The translations under genes were made by a program, and so were the position numbers. The notes below the pieces were generated by a model that saw only the letters and a program-made list of their open reading frames with translations, was not told where the DNA came from and made no database searches. Shown here piece by piece: positions 32,041 to 44,097 of a stretch of 64,000 nucleotides of DNA; the first letter of the stretch is position 1, and every line of letters starts with the position of its first letter. This stretch comes from Lepidodermella squamata (Eukaryota > Animalia > Gastrotricha), in NCBI GenBank assembly GCA_047495785.1, contig JBLDXI010000048.1, positions 62,001 to 126,000 of the forward strand, given 5' to 3'.

Positions 32041-32390
32041 TTTTATTGAGTGGCACCCGTTGACTTAGTTAGAATTAGTGGCAGCTCGGCAGTTACGTCG
32101 AAATTTACCTTAATCATTATTATTTTTAAGGAAGATTCTGTTAATTTTTAATTATTGCCCGAAAGTTTTTCGGTATGTCATTGAGGGAAATGTCTCATCC
32201 AAAATGCTCACTTTGGAGTTTATTTTATTCGACAAATTTCATGCTTTCAGTTCTCCTTTTTGATTTTGGCTAGTTATCATCGATTCTTATGAAGAAATGG
32301 CGCAATCTCAGGCCACTTCCCATTTTCGATATACACTAATATGGTAATAAAGAACTACAACAAAAGGGCACATTTTATGCAAAATTTGGG

Positions 32391-33555
32391 CTATCGAGTG
32401 GTGTCTGTTAGTTCCGAACCGCAATCGCAGCAGTTGGCAATCAAGGCATCGCGGCAACATTTTGAATGGTCCGATTTAAGGCCTCGCCATTCCGGCTTGG
32501 TCTGCTCCCGTTTGATTCGGCTGAATGGACCCAAATGCTGCTGAACGATGAAGTCGAAAACAACTTTAACCCCTGTATAACAAACAAGCCAAAATAAACC
32601 AAGCAATATGGCCAATCTCAGCAACTTACAAGATCGGTGTTCAACTAAAGGTTCGTAAAACTCCGGTGCAATACGACGCAACTCTGGCAGTTTCGTCCAT
32701 GGAATGTTCGGAAAGTCGTGGTGTTCAATATGGTAGCCAACGTTGAACGTCAGAGCGTTCAAAGGGCCTAGGTAGCAATACGTCTCCTGGCCTTTCGAAT
32801 ACATGTAATGCTCCGAGATGAAGTGGCCTGTTAATCTAAGTTCATCGAAGGTCGATCATGGTAGAACGTCACAAACCTGTGATAGGATTGATGCCCATGC
32901 CGAGAACTGTGCTCAGAACGAAGTAGGCAAACGAGCGGAAACCAAAGTAGTAGATCCACAGGGCATCGAACGCAAGCTGCACAAAGATGTTGATGTATTC
33001 CCAGAAAAGGACTTGCTTCCAGACGCGGAGAAATGGTCGCAACGAATATACAATGCTTTGCGAGACCAACCAAACGGTTTTGCCAATGGTTGTCTGGAAC
33101 AGCCAGGCTTCGATTGGATGCGGCAGGTCAGGATCCATGTGGTAGTCGCCGAGGAATCGGTGGTGGTCGGCGTGGTACTTTTTAAACGAAACCGAGGCTG
33201 GTACACCGATTGCCAGGTTTGCCCATATGCCGATGATGCGATTCAGCCACGGCTTGGCCTGTCCAGCGGCTAAGTTATGCGCAATCTCGTGGTACGATAT
33301 CGTCAGTGAATGGTTGATAGTCCCTCCGAAGCATAACGCTGCCGTAAAAACCGATGACCACGGGGCGTTGCGGAGAATGTAAGCGGCGATGAATTGTACA
33401 ATGACTTCGATTGATACAATGATGGTTGTCAGGTGATCATGGCCCATGAGCCGTCTCACTTCTGGGTGCTTCTTCAGAATCAACGTACGTCTCTCGACAT
33501 GCGGTTGGTCTGAGTATACCCATTCGAAGTCTGTTCGCGTGAAATGGTTCCCCAT
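32391..33555 (-). CDS. DEGS1: Sphingolipid delta(4)-desaturase/C4-hydroxylase, paralog A; exons 33555-32877, 32827-32630, 32572-32391
   Basis: [16 protein letters not shown]; His boxes HEIAH, HADHH, HIEHH; GT-AG introns. Confidence 0.92.
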
Positions 33556-36412
33556 TCGTTAGTTCTCTTAAGCAAGTCTAAGCAAGCCTTGTCATAAATA
33601 GATTTGAATATCCTGATGAAGAAGGGAAGTAGGTAAAACGGTAAAAAGGAGCTAAAGATCAATGCCTCTGGACGCTTGCATATCCTGTCCCAATGCGTCT
33701 AGCCAAACATCTCAAGGGATTAGCTGCCTTACTACTTCCCATTAATGTTAAGAAAATAGCTAAATTGGTCGATCAGGAGTAATTGAATCTTTTATCAAAT
33801 TAGGATCTAGTACATAAGATTCCACGAAAGTGATCATATTCCCATACATACTCCTGTTATCGACGATTCAAGAAACGTCATGATGCCACACGATTTCGGT
33901 CAGGGTAGAGCTGTAGTAGGAGAAAAGCTGTAGAAGAAGAAATATTTTTGTGGATTCCTTAAAAATGGCAAATCGGGCAGATAAGAAGGCATCTCTTGTT
34001 TTGTTGACCTCGACTTTGAAGATTTGCAGACGTAAAAAACAGCCCGAATAAGGGATCGGCTCGAGTTCGCGGCACCAACGCCTCGCATATTTGCGATAGC
34101 GCAAAAAGCAAAGCATGATAAAGGATTGACATTAATTTTGGCAGCCAAGAAATTTGCATAGGCATAACGATAGCGTACTTACCTAATATAACATAACTAC
34201 TAATATTTTGGAATGGAGAACTTATAAACCAATATTACAGCTAACTCGCGATTTCATCGGGAAAGTTTGAGACTTGCACCAGCGTTCAATGATGCACTGT
34301 TACTAATAATATTCGATGGGTCAACAAGAGGTAGGATTTTCTTAAGTGATAAATTCACTGCAAACTTATTGTTTATCTCGTCGAAAAGACATTTGCTAGA
34401 AATAATGCGTTGACGGCTAGCACAGGTTTATAAACCTGAGATCGGCGCCAGTGTTTTCGAATTTACGCTTGTGTTCATTTTACTCTGGTCAAAATAGCAA
34501 AATACAAGAATAATTTAGTATGTAGTATTTTAGCCGAAAGCTTGAACACCTGCGCAAAGATCGGCTTCAGCCTGATGCGTGGTGCTTATCTTGAAATAGC
34601 GCCATCTTCAGTATAGACAATTTTCGCTATTTTTCATCGACATCGTTCGAAGGGATTGTGTTGCCCTGAAATTATTCAGATTCGTTCTTATTTTATAACT
34701 AACAATAATAATGAAACTGTTCAAACGTAAATTTTTGGTTGAAATACGAAGTTTTAAAATGCAATGCCAATGGGGAAAATTATCTCTCTCCACGTAAATC
34801 ACCGCTCTAGTCTTGTTTAGCGGTACTTGAATCAAAAAGCCTGAGAAAGGCTAAACAAAAATTGAAACATATTTTTACACTAAGGGACACATTTTTTAAG
34901 CGAAATTTGAAATTGTTACTAACCTTTTGTACATTCCCCATATTGAAGGGATTTTCTTAGGTACCGACCAGGTTTCAAGCTTGATTCAACTGAACCTTAT
35001 ATCGACCTTGGATAAATCATGTGTGTGTAACATCGCTTCCATCAATCTATCAACCTCACACGTGATGATTCACTTGTGAATAATACCAGTTAGTATTAGT
35101 CATAATATTATTCACGCTTTTTCCGCTTATTCATATCTATTGTTTTTTTTTAATCGATGACGCCGGTTCCATTTGTTACTTTTTGCCCTTTGATTAGAAA
35201 GAATAAGACCTTTCAACAAGACAGAAGCACGGTCCAATTATCGTAGTATTCTGATGAGATGGCCTGTTTTCAGGGACAAAACATCTCTTATGGGACAGCG
35301 CGGTCCATTGCCTGCATAGTCTGCTACCTGGAACATGGCATAAGCAGCCATTGTTTCAAGTATTTGCACAAGTAATTTGGATTTGGAACGCAGGTAGTCA
35401 GTCCTCAGTGCAGTGGCACGTGTATAGCGCATATTATGCTCGTTTTCACTGCTCTAAACCGAAATAATCGCATTCGTGTTAACGCCACGAGCTGTCAACG
35501 CCGTGACGACCTCGAGCAATTTTTTCACCCTAGGTATCACTACTTCTCACCTTTTCTCCATAAAAAAGACATATTTTTATTTTCTTTTGCATCGTTTTGC
35601 AGTCATAGTTATACGTACAGTTAACATTTCATAAGATGGAAACAAAGCAAAAAATCGCATAAAATCATTTTTGTAGCATGATCTGATTTTTCATTGAAAC
35701 TCGAGTCATATTCAACTATATAGCAAGCTACTGATGAATGTTCCTTTCAAGATAAATTGATAACTAATAAATATTTTCGTATGAAGCCACAACAATGAGA
35801 AACGAACCCTGAGAGTAAAATCGGGTCTATTATAGGAAGTGTACATGCAGAGCACAACAATTCTAGCGATAAAATAAGGTAAAATCGATGACATTTTTCA
35901 TAAATATAAAAACCTCGTCAGAGTGCAATTTAGCGCAGCTTTGATTAAGAAAATTCCGATTAGGAATGCAATTTCACAACGCAACAACCGTGGCAATCAG
36001 ACACTACTTAGCGAACAATAGATATACCGGGATGCCAACTCTTTACATCAACAACGAGCATATGAATAGAACGCGACTGAAAATAAATAGAAAGTCTCGG
36101 TACAACGCAAGCATGTCCCAGTAAAGGAGGTCAAAAGCAGTCTTCAAAATATTATCATCAAAAATTTGAGTTAGCTGTTGGCTGGTGCGTGTTATCGGCG
36201 GTGAGATTAATGAAAATGTTGTTGACACAAAGAATTCTTGATCTTGTCTAAAATTGGGCACATGCTTTGAAAATCATCATTTTTCGAGCTATTAGAACAA
36301 GCGAATAAAGACGGACACGAGTAATAATAAATTTGCGGATCAGTTCCATATTTTTACATCGATAACAAGATGACAGATATGAAATAATTAGGCTCAGCTT
36401 CGCTGTGAGTGC

Positions 36413-37579
36413 TTACCGACTAGTATCAGTTAGAGCGGAACCACAGTCACACAAATGCTCTGAAGACGGATCAGGTCGCCTGCAACAAGCTGAGTGATCA
36501 GATTTCAGGCCAGACCATTCCGGTTTTGTTTGTTCTCGTTTGATGCGGCTGAATGGTCCCATATCGTTTTTAGTAATAAATTCAAATAGTACCTTGACCC
36601 CTGTAAGTAAATGATTCATACAAAAAACCGAAGCTATGCAAAAAACTAACATGATTCATGCTGAGGCAGAGGATCATAGAATTCAGGAGCAATGCGGCGA
36701 AGTTCAGGCAATTTAGTCCAGGGAATGTTGGGGAAGTCATGATGCTCCATGTGATAACCAACATTGAATGTGATTGCATTCAAAGGTCCGTAATACGAAT
36801 AGGTTTCGTACCCTTTCACAAACATGTAGTGCTCGGCAATGAAATGCCCTATTAAAGACGATTTGAAGAAAGCTCAAAGCGAATCTAAGGAAGTACTCAC
36901 CTGCTATCGGATGCCAGCCCATCCCGAGAATAGTGCTTACCATCATGTAAAACAACGACCGGAACCCGACAAAGTATATCCAAACTGCATCAAAGGCTAT
37001 CTGAATGATGGCATTGACTACTTCCCAATATGTTGGCGGCTTGGGAACTCGGAATAAAGGACGGAGTGAGTAAAAGGCCGTTTGCAAGAAGAGCCAAATG
37101 ACCTTCCCGAATCCGTTACGGAAAAACCATGCTTCCAACGGGTGAGGCAAATCCGGATCCATGTTATAATCTCCAAGAAACTTGTGATGGTCCAGATGAT
37201 ACTTCTTGAAGGAAACCGATGCAGGAATGCCAGCAGGTAAATTAGCCCAAATACCGATGAGCCTATTGAGCCATGGTTTCGCTTGGCCGGCGGCCAAGTT
37301 GTGAGATATTTCATGGAGCGATAGAACCAATGAGTGGTTAATTGTGCCTCCCAAACAATAAGCCACAATGAAAATAGAAGACAATGGAGCGTCACGTAAA
37401 ATATAGGCGATTATCAATTGCATGATGACCTCAAGAGTGACAAGAACAGTGGTCAAGTGATCCTGGCCCATTAGCCGCTTAACCTCGGGATGCTTCTTGA
37501 GAATCTCCTTCCGCCGATCAACATGCGGCTGGTCAGAATAAACCCATTCAAAATCGGATCGAGCGAACTGATTACCCAT
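36413..37579 (-). CDS. DEGS1: Sphingolipid delta(4)-desaturase/C4-hydroxylase, paralog B; exons 37579-36901, 36848-36651, 36600-36413
   Basis: Same motifs (HEISH, HLDHH, HMEHH) and intron positions as paralog A. Confidence 0.92.
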
Positions 37580-37879
37580 TCAAACAGAGCAACAATTAAT
37601 ACGAGATCAAGCAGATAACACGTAAAGCTGCTGATTTCAACAAAAAGCGTCGAGGAATATATCGCCAATTATGCAATCAACAACAAACGAACAAAGGTCA
37701 GTTAACTTGCAGCACTAACCTGTATTGCGGCGCGCTTGGATACCTGAGCTCAGGAAAACTGAGACGCAGATGACACATCGGTCACGTGATACATAAAATA
37801 TACAATCAATAAATTTGTGTCAAACTACACGATTTACCACCTAAAGAAATGTGATATTAAAATAATGTCAAACTAAAAA

Positions 37880-37895
37880 TTTGAAATTTTGCGGG
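37880..37895 (+). promoter_or_regulatory. Possible CHR (TTTGAA) and E2F-like site in the DEGS/BUB1 divergent promoter
   Basis: tttgaaattttgcggg upstream of a mitotic checkpoint gene; short motif. Confidence 0.3.
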
Positions 37896-38378
37896 TTCGC
37901 GCTTGTCCGATCTCAGCGGCCAAATCATTGAAAACTCTGGTTCTTCGACGACCTATCGCCCGATATCGGATATCGCCTTGGAACGGCGATTCGGTTTCAG
38001 GAACGACGCTAGGGCTCTGCTGTCGGAGGGTATGCTGAAGGCCACAGTGATGTTGCGAAATATCGCAATTTATATATTGGGCTTCAAGTTTTAAGTTAGG
38101 TGTTAGGTCGTTGGGATTGGAGTCGTTGTCGTTGAGAGTTACAGTTATCGATCATTAACAGTGTTGTCGTTTTAATGGCACTAGGCTTTGTGAGAAATCA
38201 GAAATATTGATTGTCCATGTAGTCTTCAATTTTCATTCTCGTTTCCGATACCTAATCAATTTTTTCGACGCTCTGTTTTAATTTGTAGCCCTTGAATGTT
38301 CTCTTGGCGATGGATTGCGCCACGATTGCGGGGCTTGAAAATTTTAAAATGTACTCTTCAATTCTAGGCATTATTAAA

Positions 38379-41300
38379 ATGGCTCAAAGTGCTCAATGGG
38401 AGCTCTCGAAGGAGAATATCCTTCCCATGAAAACTGGTCGAGATGTTAATGTTCTGAATGCTGCGTTGGGTGAAGAGAGTGCTGACTGGAAAGAGTCACG
38501 TCTGAAGGAGTGGCGCGGCTTTCAAGATCGTATAGTAGAAAATGCTAACAACAAAGAGGAGCTGCTCAATGCTTATTATGAGTAAGAAATTTCCGATTTC
38601 TCGTAATCTTGAATGTCTCATACTTGTGTTCCAGTCTTATTTGCTGGTTGGAGAATACATTTCCTCAGGGTGGAAAGAAGTATATCAAGGTGAATGCGAG
38701 GCGCTGCTTTCACAAGTTGAAGGAAGACAAAGCGTTCTATGACAATTACAAATTCATGAAAGTGCTGATAAAATACGTGAGTACCCTGCAGTTATGTAAT
38801 CCCTAATTATACCCGTGCTCCCATTTTAGATCGAAGCGGATGGTCGAAGTTGTAAGTACGTTAGCGAGAACTCATATTGCGATCTGTACAACTACATGTA
38901 CCAAAACCGCATCGGTACAACTCACGCTGATTTCTTCATCTCATGGGCGAATGCACTGGAGGCGAGTGCTTCATACCCGCAAGCGGCCACTGTTTTTACC
39001 AAAGGCCTGGAGATGAAAGCTGAACCTCGTGCTAAACTCGAAAAAGAGAAAAACTTATTCGAAGATCGAATGGCTTTGCGGACAATTGAAGAGATGATGC
39101 GGGGTGAGGAGAGCTCAGCAACTGATCGTCGCCAACCTCTACAGCAACAAGGCGCTCCAACGCAAAAAGCCCAATACGTCCCACCAGAAGATAGTGTTGT
39201 TCGCGTTAAGAGGCCCGTTGAAGTCGAAAAAGCGCAGGGTCAGCAGCAGCGACCTAGTCAGAGTTTCTCAGTTCACAGTGCGGATCAACCGAGGCGGCCT
39301 AGTCAAGTCAATCCCGCGTTTACCGCGGCTACAGCTGCGCCAGCAAGTAACGTCGTACCGGTAAAGCATAATCCTGATAAGGAGAATTCTCAAAAAGCCG
39401 AGCAGTGGGCCAAGCCATCGATTATCCCGCCGAAACCGAGCAATCAAGCAGTGAAATCAAAGCCTAAAGTGCCTTCCTCGACGTTTCAGGTTTACATCGA
39501 TGAATCAATTGACGCTGCAAATGTTTCAGCGTCAAAGCCTACAATTGTCCTCAACCAGTCAGCCCTTCGCCAGAGGAAGGATGACGAAGAGGCAGATGAT
39601 GGTGACAATTTGCTGGGCGCTAAATCATCGGAGAAAAAATCGACCGATTCGAAAGAAGGCCAGGATGGAAATGTGCGTTTCATGTTCAACGAAGACGCAA
39701 TTATTAACGGCCCAGTTGGCGAGATGAGTTTCGAAGAACTGCGAGCTGATCACATTTTGGCCGAGGCGAAGAAAGCGCAGGAGGTCGCCGCGAAAGTGAA
39801 GAACTTAGCCCTGAAAAGCGTACCGCAAACCACTGAAATCGATGGTTTACTCGGCAGGGACGATGATGAAGAGGCGAAATTTCATGATAACCTCGCTGAT
39901 ATGACCATGGCTTTGAACGCGGAAGTCTCTCGCCGCGGTTTATCTAACACGAATCAGCGGTTATTAGGGAAAACTGCTCTGGCTGATAGTATGATGGTGC
40001 CTAGCAACAACGCTGAAGATAGCTGGTCGGCAACTATCAACCCGAACCCGGCTGAAATGACGACCGAAGCCGAGAGGTTGAGCCACGACGTTTCTGACGC
40101 CGATGTTTCGTCGTCAATGTCTCAAGGCCGGGACGGAAATCAGACGAATAAACTTTCTACGACTCAATACGACTGTTTGAACCGAATTTTATCCGAAGCT
40201 TTCCGTGGTCCGTCTCAAGCCGCCTGCCCGCCGCCGTTTGGTCTGAGCCAAAACGAAACGATCGCAAGTGGAAAATCGCAAAATTACGTCGCATTTCAGG
40301 ACAGCATGATGAACGAATCAGCCGCATATCGGCCTGAAGCCCCTAAAGTTGACTTCGTCGCTTATGAAGAAAGTTTCGCGCAAAACCCGCCCCAATCCAG
40401 CCAAAAATCGATCGGCTTGAAGCCAAGACTCGAGCCAGAGCCCGATTTTGTGTACGAAGATTCATTCGCTGATAAACCACCCGCTCAACCTGCGAAGAAA
40501 TTCGGCCTTCAGGAGAAAGAGCCTGACTTTGTTATGTTCGAAGATTCTTTCGCTCAGAACCAAAATCAGCAGCCTCAGAAGCGATTAGCTCTCAAGTCAC
40601 GGTCAGACGAGTCGGTTTCTTCAGGTTTTGTCGTGATAAATGACGATAGTTCTGAATCATCTAGCTCAACCAAGAGTCCAAGTCAAAAAAGGTCGAAAAC
40701 CGACCTATTCCCAGACGGCATTGCAGAATGCTCTGGAATCGTTGATTTCCCTATGCCGGGTGAGAATAACAACAACCGGTTCAGTTTCACGAATACCATC
40801 GATTTCAACCCGAATAAAGTCCAGCCTAAATTTTGCTCCACGCAATACGTTGATTGTAACGTGTTGAACCCGGGCCAGGGGCCGGATTTCGGCGATTTGG
40901 ACGGCGAAGATGACGACGAACCGATGCTAATCGCAGCGAATAAACCGCCCGTTTCCATGCAAAACATCCCGAAACGCCCTGTCGGGAAGCGGCAAAGTAT
41001 AACCGCTAGAATTTCTACAATGCCGCCGCTTCAAGAACGGTCTGAGTCAAGTTCTTCCGGCGGATCGACTATGGCTATGCACTCAGCGCTGCATACAGTT
41101 CGCGAATCTGGCCTATCCGCGATTTGGGAGTCGAACAACACCGGGCAGCAGGCGATTTCGGAAGAATCTAGCGTCGCCCTGCCGACTATGAATTGCGAAA
41201 TGCAGAAATCTTACCACCACATCGACGTCGAAAAATTCGTTGCCTATTCGCAACTTCAGCAGTCTGTCGCTTTCCAGGACAAAACCTACTCGTGCCTGCG

Positions 41301-43035
41301 AGAAATCGACCCGACTGACCCGTTCTCCGACGAGTTGGTCGCGAAATTCGTGCAGAAATACGAGCCATCGTTGAAGAAATTGCCGAGTTATGTCGTTATT
41401 CCGGACATGAAAATGCCGAATTTTTTCTCCGGCTCGTCTCGCCAGTCGACTGTTGGCAAAATGGTGCAGCTCGCCCCGGGTTATTCGATGACGTACGCTT
41501 TCAAAGTCGGCTCTGGCGCGTTCGCCGCTGTTGTAGCTGCGCGGGAGGTTGATACGAAAAAGCTGTATGCGTTGAAGTTTCAAGCGCCGGCCTGTAAATG
41601 GGAGTTTCTGATTCTCAACGAGTTGAGGCAACGTTTGCAGCGCAAAATCAAGGTTCAGTCGGTTCTCGATGGTGTCATGGAAATTGAGCGGGCCTTCATC
41701 TACGCTGATGGCTTGTGCTATGCTCTCCAACACGTGCGATATGGTCCTCTTCTGGTAAACTATTCAAATTTTTGAAAATTAAATTGAACTGATTAGAAAG
41801 TTGAAAGTTGGTGAAATCAAGAAAAAATAGGAAAACTCAAGATTTGAAGAATTTCGCGATTTTTCGTTCAAACTTGAACCCGGGTATCGTAAATGAAAAG
41901 TCTCAGAGAAATTAAAATTGAATACTTGATCAACAAGTTGAGATCTTGATGAATATTTTCAAAACTTCACAATATTTACAAATATTCACAAGCGAAACCG
42001 AATTGCTGACGCTTTTTCAATTAATAGAATAATTTTGTTGAATCACGCGGAATTTTTCTGGTTTTGAAAATGTTGAAAATGCATTGTTGGGGTGTTTAAT
42101 TAGGTGTTAAAAATGTGTTTAATCAAATTTGGATGGAACATCAGTCAATTTTTCATAATTGTTGATGAAAGCTCGGAAATTAATTCCGAGAAATTATGGA
42201 AAATTCATGAGGACTAAAGCTCTTTTTATTTGTAAAGAATTTGGTCAACAAAGCTCGAGAGCATCGACTCGAGCTGTCTGAGGCAGCGGCTATGTACATC
42301 ACAATCGAGCTACTCCGCGTTATGGAAGCCATTCACCAGTGCCACATCGTTCACGCGGATCTGAAACCAGACAACGTGCTGTTCCTCGGCCTGCCCGAAC
42401 TGCCCCGTTTAACTCGAAACAGCGCCGGTGAACAGGTCGTTTTCCCGCCCCGTGACGCTTCGATTCGCGTCATTGATTTCGGCCGGTCGATTGACATGTC
42501 GCTATTCCCGCCTGGTACGGCGTTTTTGGCCAAGGTTGCGACGTCTGGCTTTGATTGCATCGAAATGAGGACCGACCGGCCGTGGACTTACCAGGCAGAC
42601 TATTTCGGCTTGGCTGGGACTGTGCATGTGCTGTATTTCCTCGAGTACATGCGTGTATCGTGGAGCGATGAATCCGGGCCTGAAGGCAGGTGGCGTATTG
42701 GCAAGAAACTCAAAAGGTAAGCCACGAATTTCGATATCTTCCTTAAATTCAAAACTTTATTTACTTCTGATGGAATTTCTCAGCTTTTAATCCTATTACT
42801 ATGTTTTCTAAAATTTCTAACCTAAACTATGTTTTCAAGGTATTGGCACAACAACGATTTATGGGAAATGCTATTCGATCAACTGCTCAACATTCCAGAC
42901 TGTGACCACCAGCCGGACGTTAAATCACTCCGCGAGCGATTCGAGGCCCGTTTCGTCGAAAAAATGATAACCGCTTACACGGCAAGCCAAAGCGCCATCA
43001 TGACCACTATGAAAGAGGCCTACCACGCCAGCTGA
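38379..43035 (+). CDS. BUB1: Spindle checkpoint kinase MadBub (BUB1/BUBR1); exons 38379-38581, 38635-38776, 38830-41754, 42238-42716, 42840-43035
   Basis: WELSKENILP (KEN), TPR region, second KEN, GLEBS EMSFEELRA, LSAIWE, kinase motifs HADLKPDN and IDFGRSIDM, RPWTYQADYFGLAGT. Confidence 0.93.
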
Positions 43036-43369
43036 AAACACTGCGTTTTTTACTGCGTATTCGACTGCTCACCGGTTTTAGCCAATTTTATACTATTATG
43101 ATGATTAGCCGCTAAGTTGATAGCCCATCGTTATTAATAACTTGTTTCATAGACCATTTTACGAGACAATAAACTGCCAAAATATTTCGATCTACGATTT
43201 TATTTTATTTTCAACTTTCCACAGTCATGGTTTGTTAGCAATCATTTTTTAAACTTAATTTTTTCCGCGAGAAAGAGAGAGCAAGAGACACCAAGCGCAC
43301 AGAGATGATGAACGATGGTTTATTATTTTTTCGGCCATTTTTCTGTTGTGGAGGAGACTTGATTGAAGC

Positions 43370-43717
43370 TTAGAAACCGTGAACTTTCACCTGATCACTC
43401 GACGCCAGTTTGATACGTATTAAAAACTCCTTAATATTTTGCCTCTGATCGCCCTGGAACTGAATAACCTGGCCGTACTCGGGGTGCTCGACGACGGTTC
43501 CGTTGCAGCAAAATTCCTTCTTGCAGTATTTGACAATTTTCTTCAAATCATACGATGGCGAAATGCCTTGCACTGTCGTCAAGGTTTTGCGACCGTTACG
43601 CTGCTGAATACGAATGTGAATAGCCTCCTGTTGCACGGTCTCAGCGTCCAACGCATTTCCGTCGGATTTCACGTCGGCAAACGGGTCGAAAGTGTTCAAA
43701 TTCTGGATTTCACCCAT
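43370..43717 (-). CDS. EIF1: Translation initiation factor eIF1 (SUI1), 115 aa
   Basis: IQNLNTFDPFAD, IHIRIQQRNGRKTLTTVQG, FQGDQR, KVHGF; ATG at 43717 follows a splice acceptor at 43738. Confidence 0.97.
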   Translation of the reverse strand: MGEIQNLNTFDPFADVKSDGNALDAETVQQEAIHIRIQQRNGRKTLTTVQGISPSYDLKKIVKYCKKEFCCNGTVVEHPEYGQVIQFQGDQRQNIKEFLIRIKLASSDQVKVHGF

Positions 43718-44097
43718 AATTATTTCAAATAATAGACCTAGGAAAAAATGAGACAACAGTAGTTAATATATTTTTCGCTTTTTTCAACACAAATAATTTG
43801 TTTCTTCTGCTTTTTCAACATTCAATTTCACTCGCATCGCATATCGCCAGACAATGATATAAAAAGGGGCTAGACAAATTATTTCTTTGTTTAGATGACA
43901 TAATTATTAGTATTATTATCTGGAAATTAAACAAAAGAAGAAGAGAAGTACGTTAGACGAAAACCATGCAAGCTATTGACACAATCTAAAGAGTTCGATC
44001 TCTAAGATTTTGATAGGTTCTCATTCCTTCTCCCTCAAACAAGAAAAAAAAACATACAAAAATAGCTCGTTTCTCTGACATCACTTATAATTACAAA

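Larger units (their letters stand above)
28392..32085. repeat. tRNA cassette copy 2 (longest; lacks Ser-CGA, extends to Leu-AAG, Glu-CTC and a Gln fragment)
   Basis: Colinear with copy 1 apart from a ~216-bp deletion after Tyr. Confidence 0.95.

Noticed and set aside
33700-36400. Short ORFs between the DEGS paralogs
   Set aside because: No recognisable motifs or consistent splice structure.
43718-43756. N-terminal extension of eIF1 from the ORF track
   Set aside because: It starts at a non-ATG codon and crosses a splice acceptor; homology begins at the ATG at 43717.
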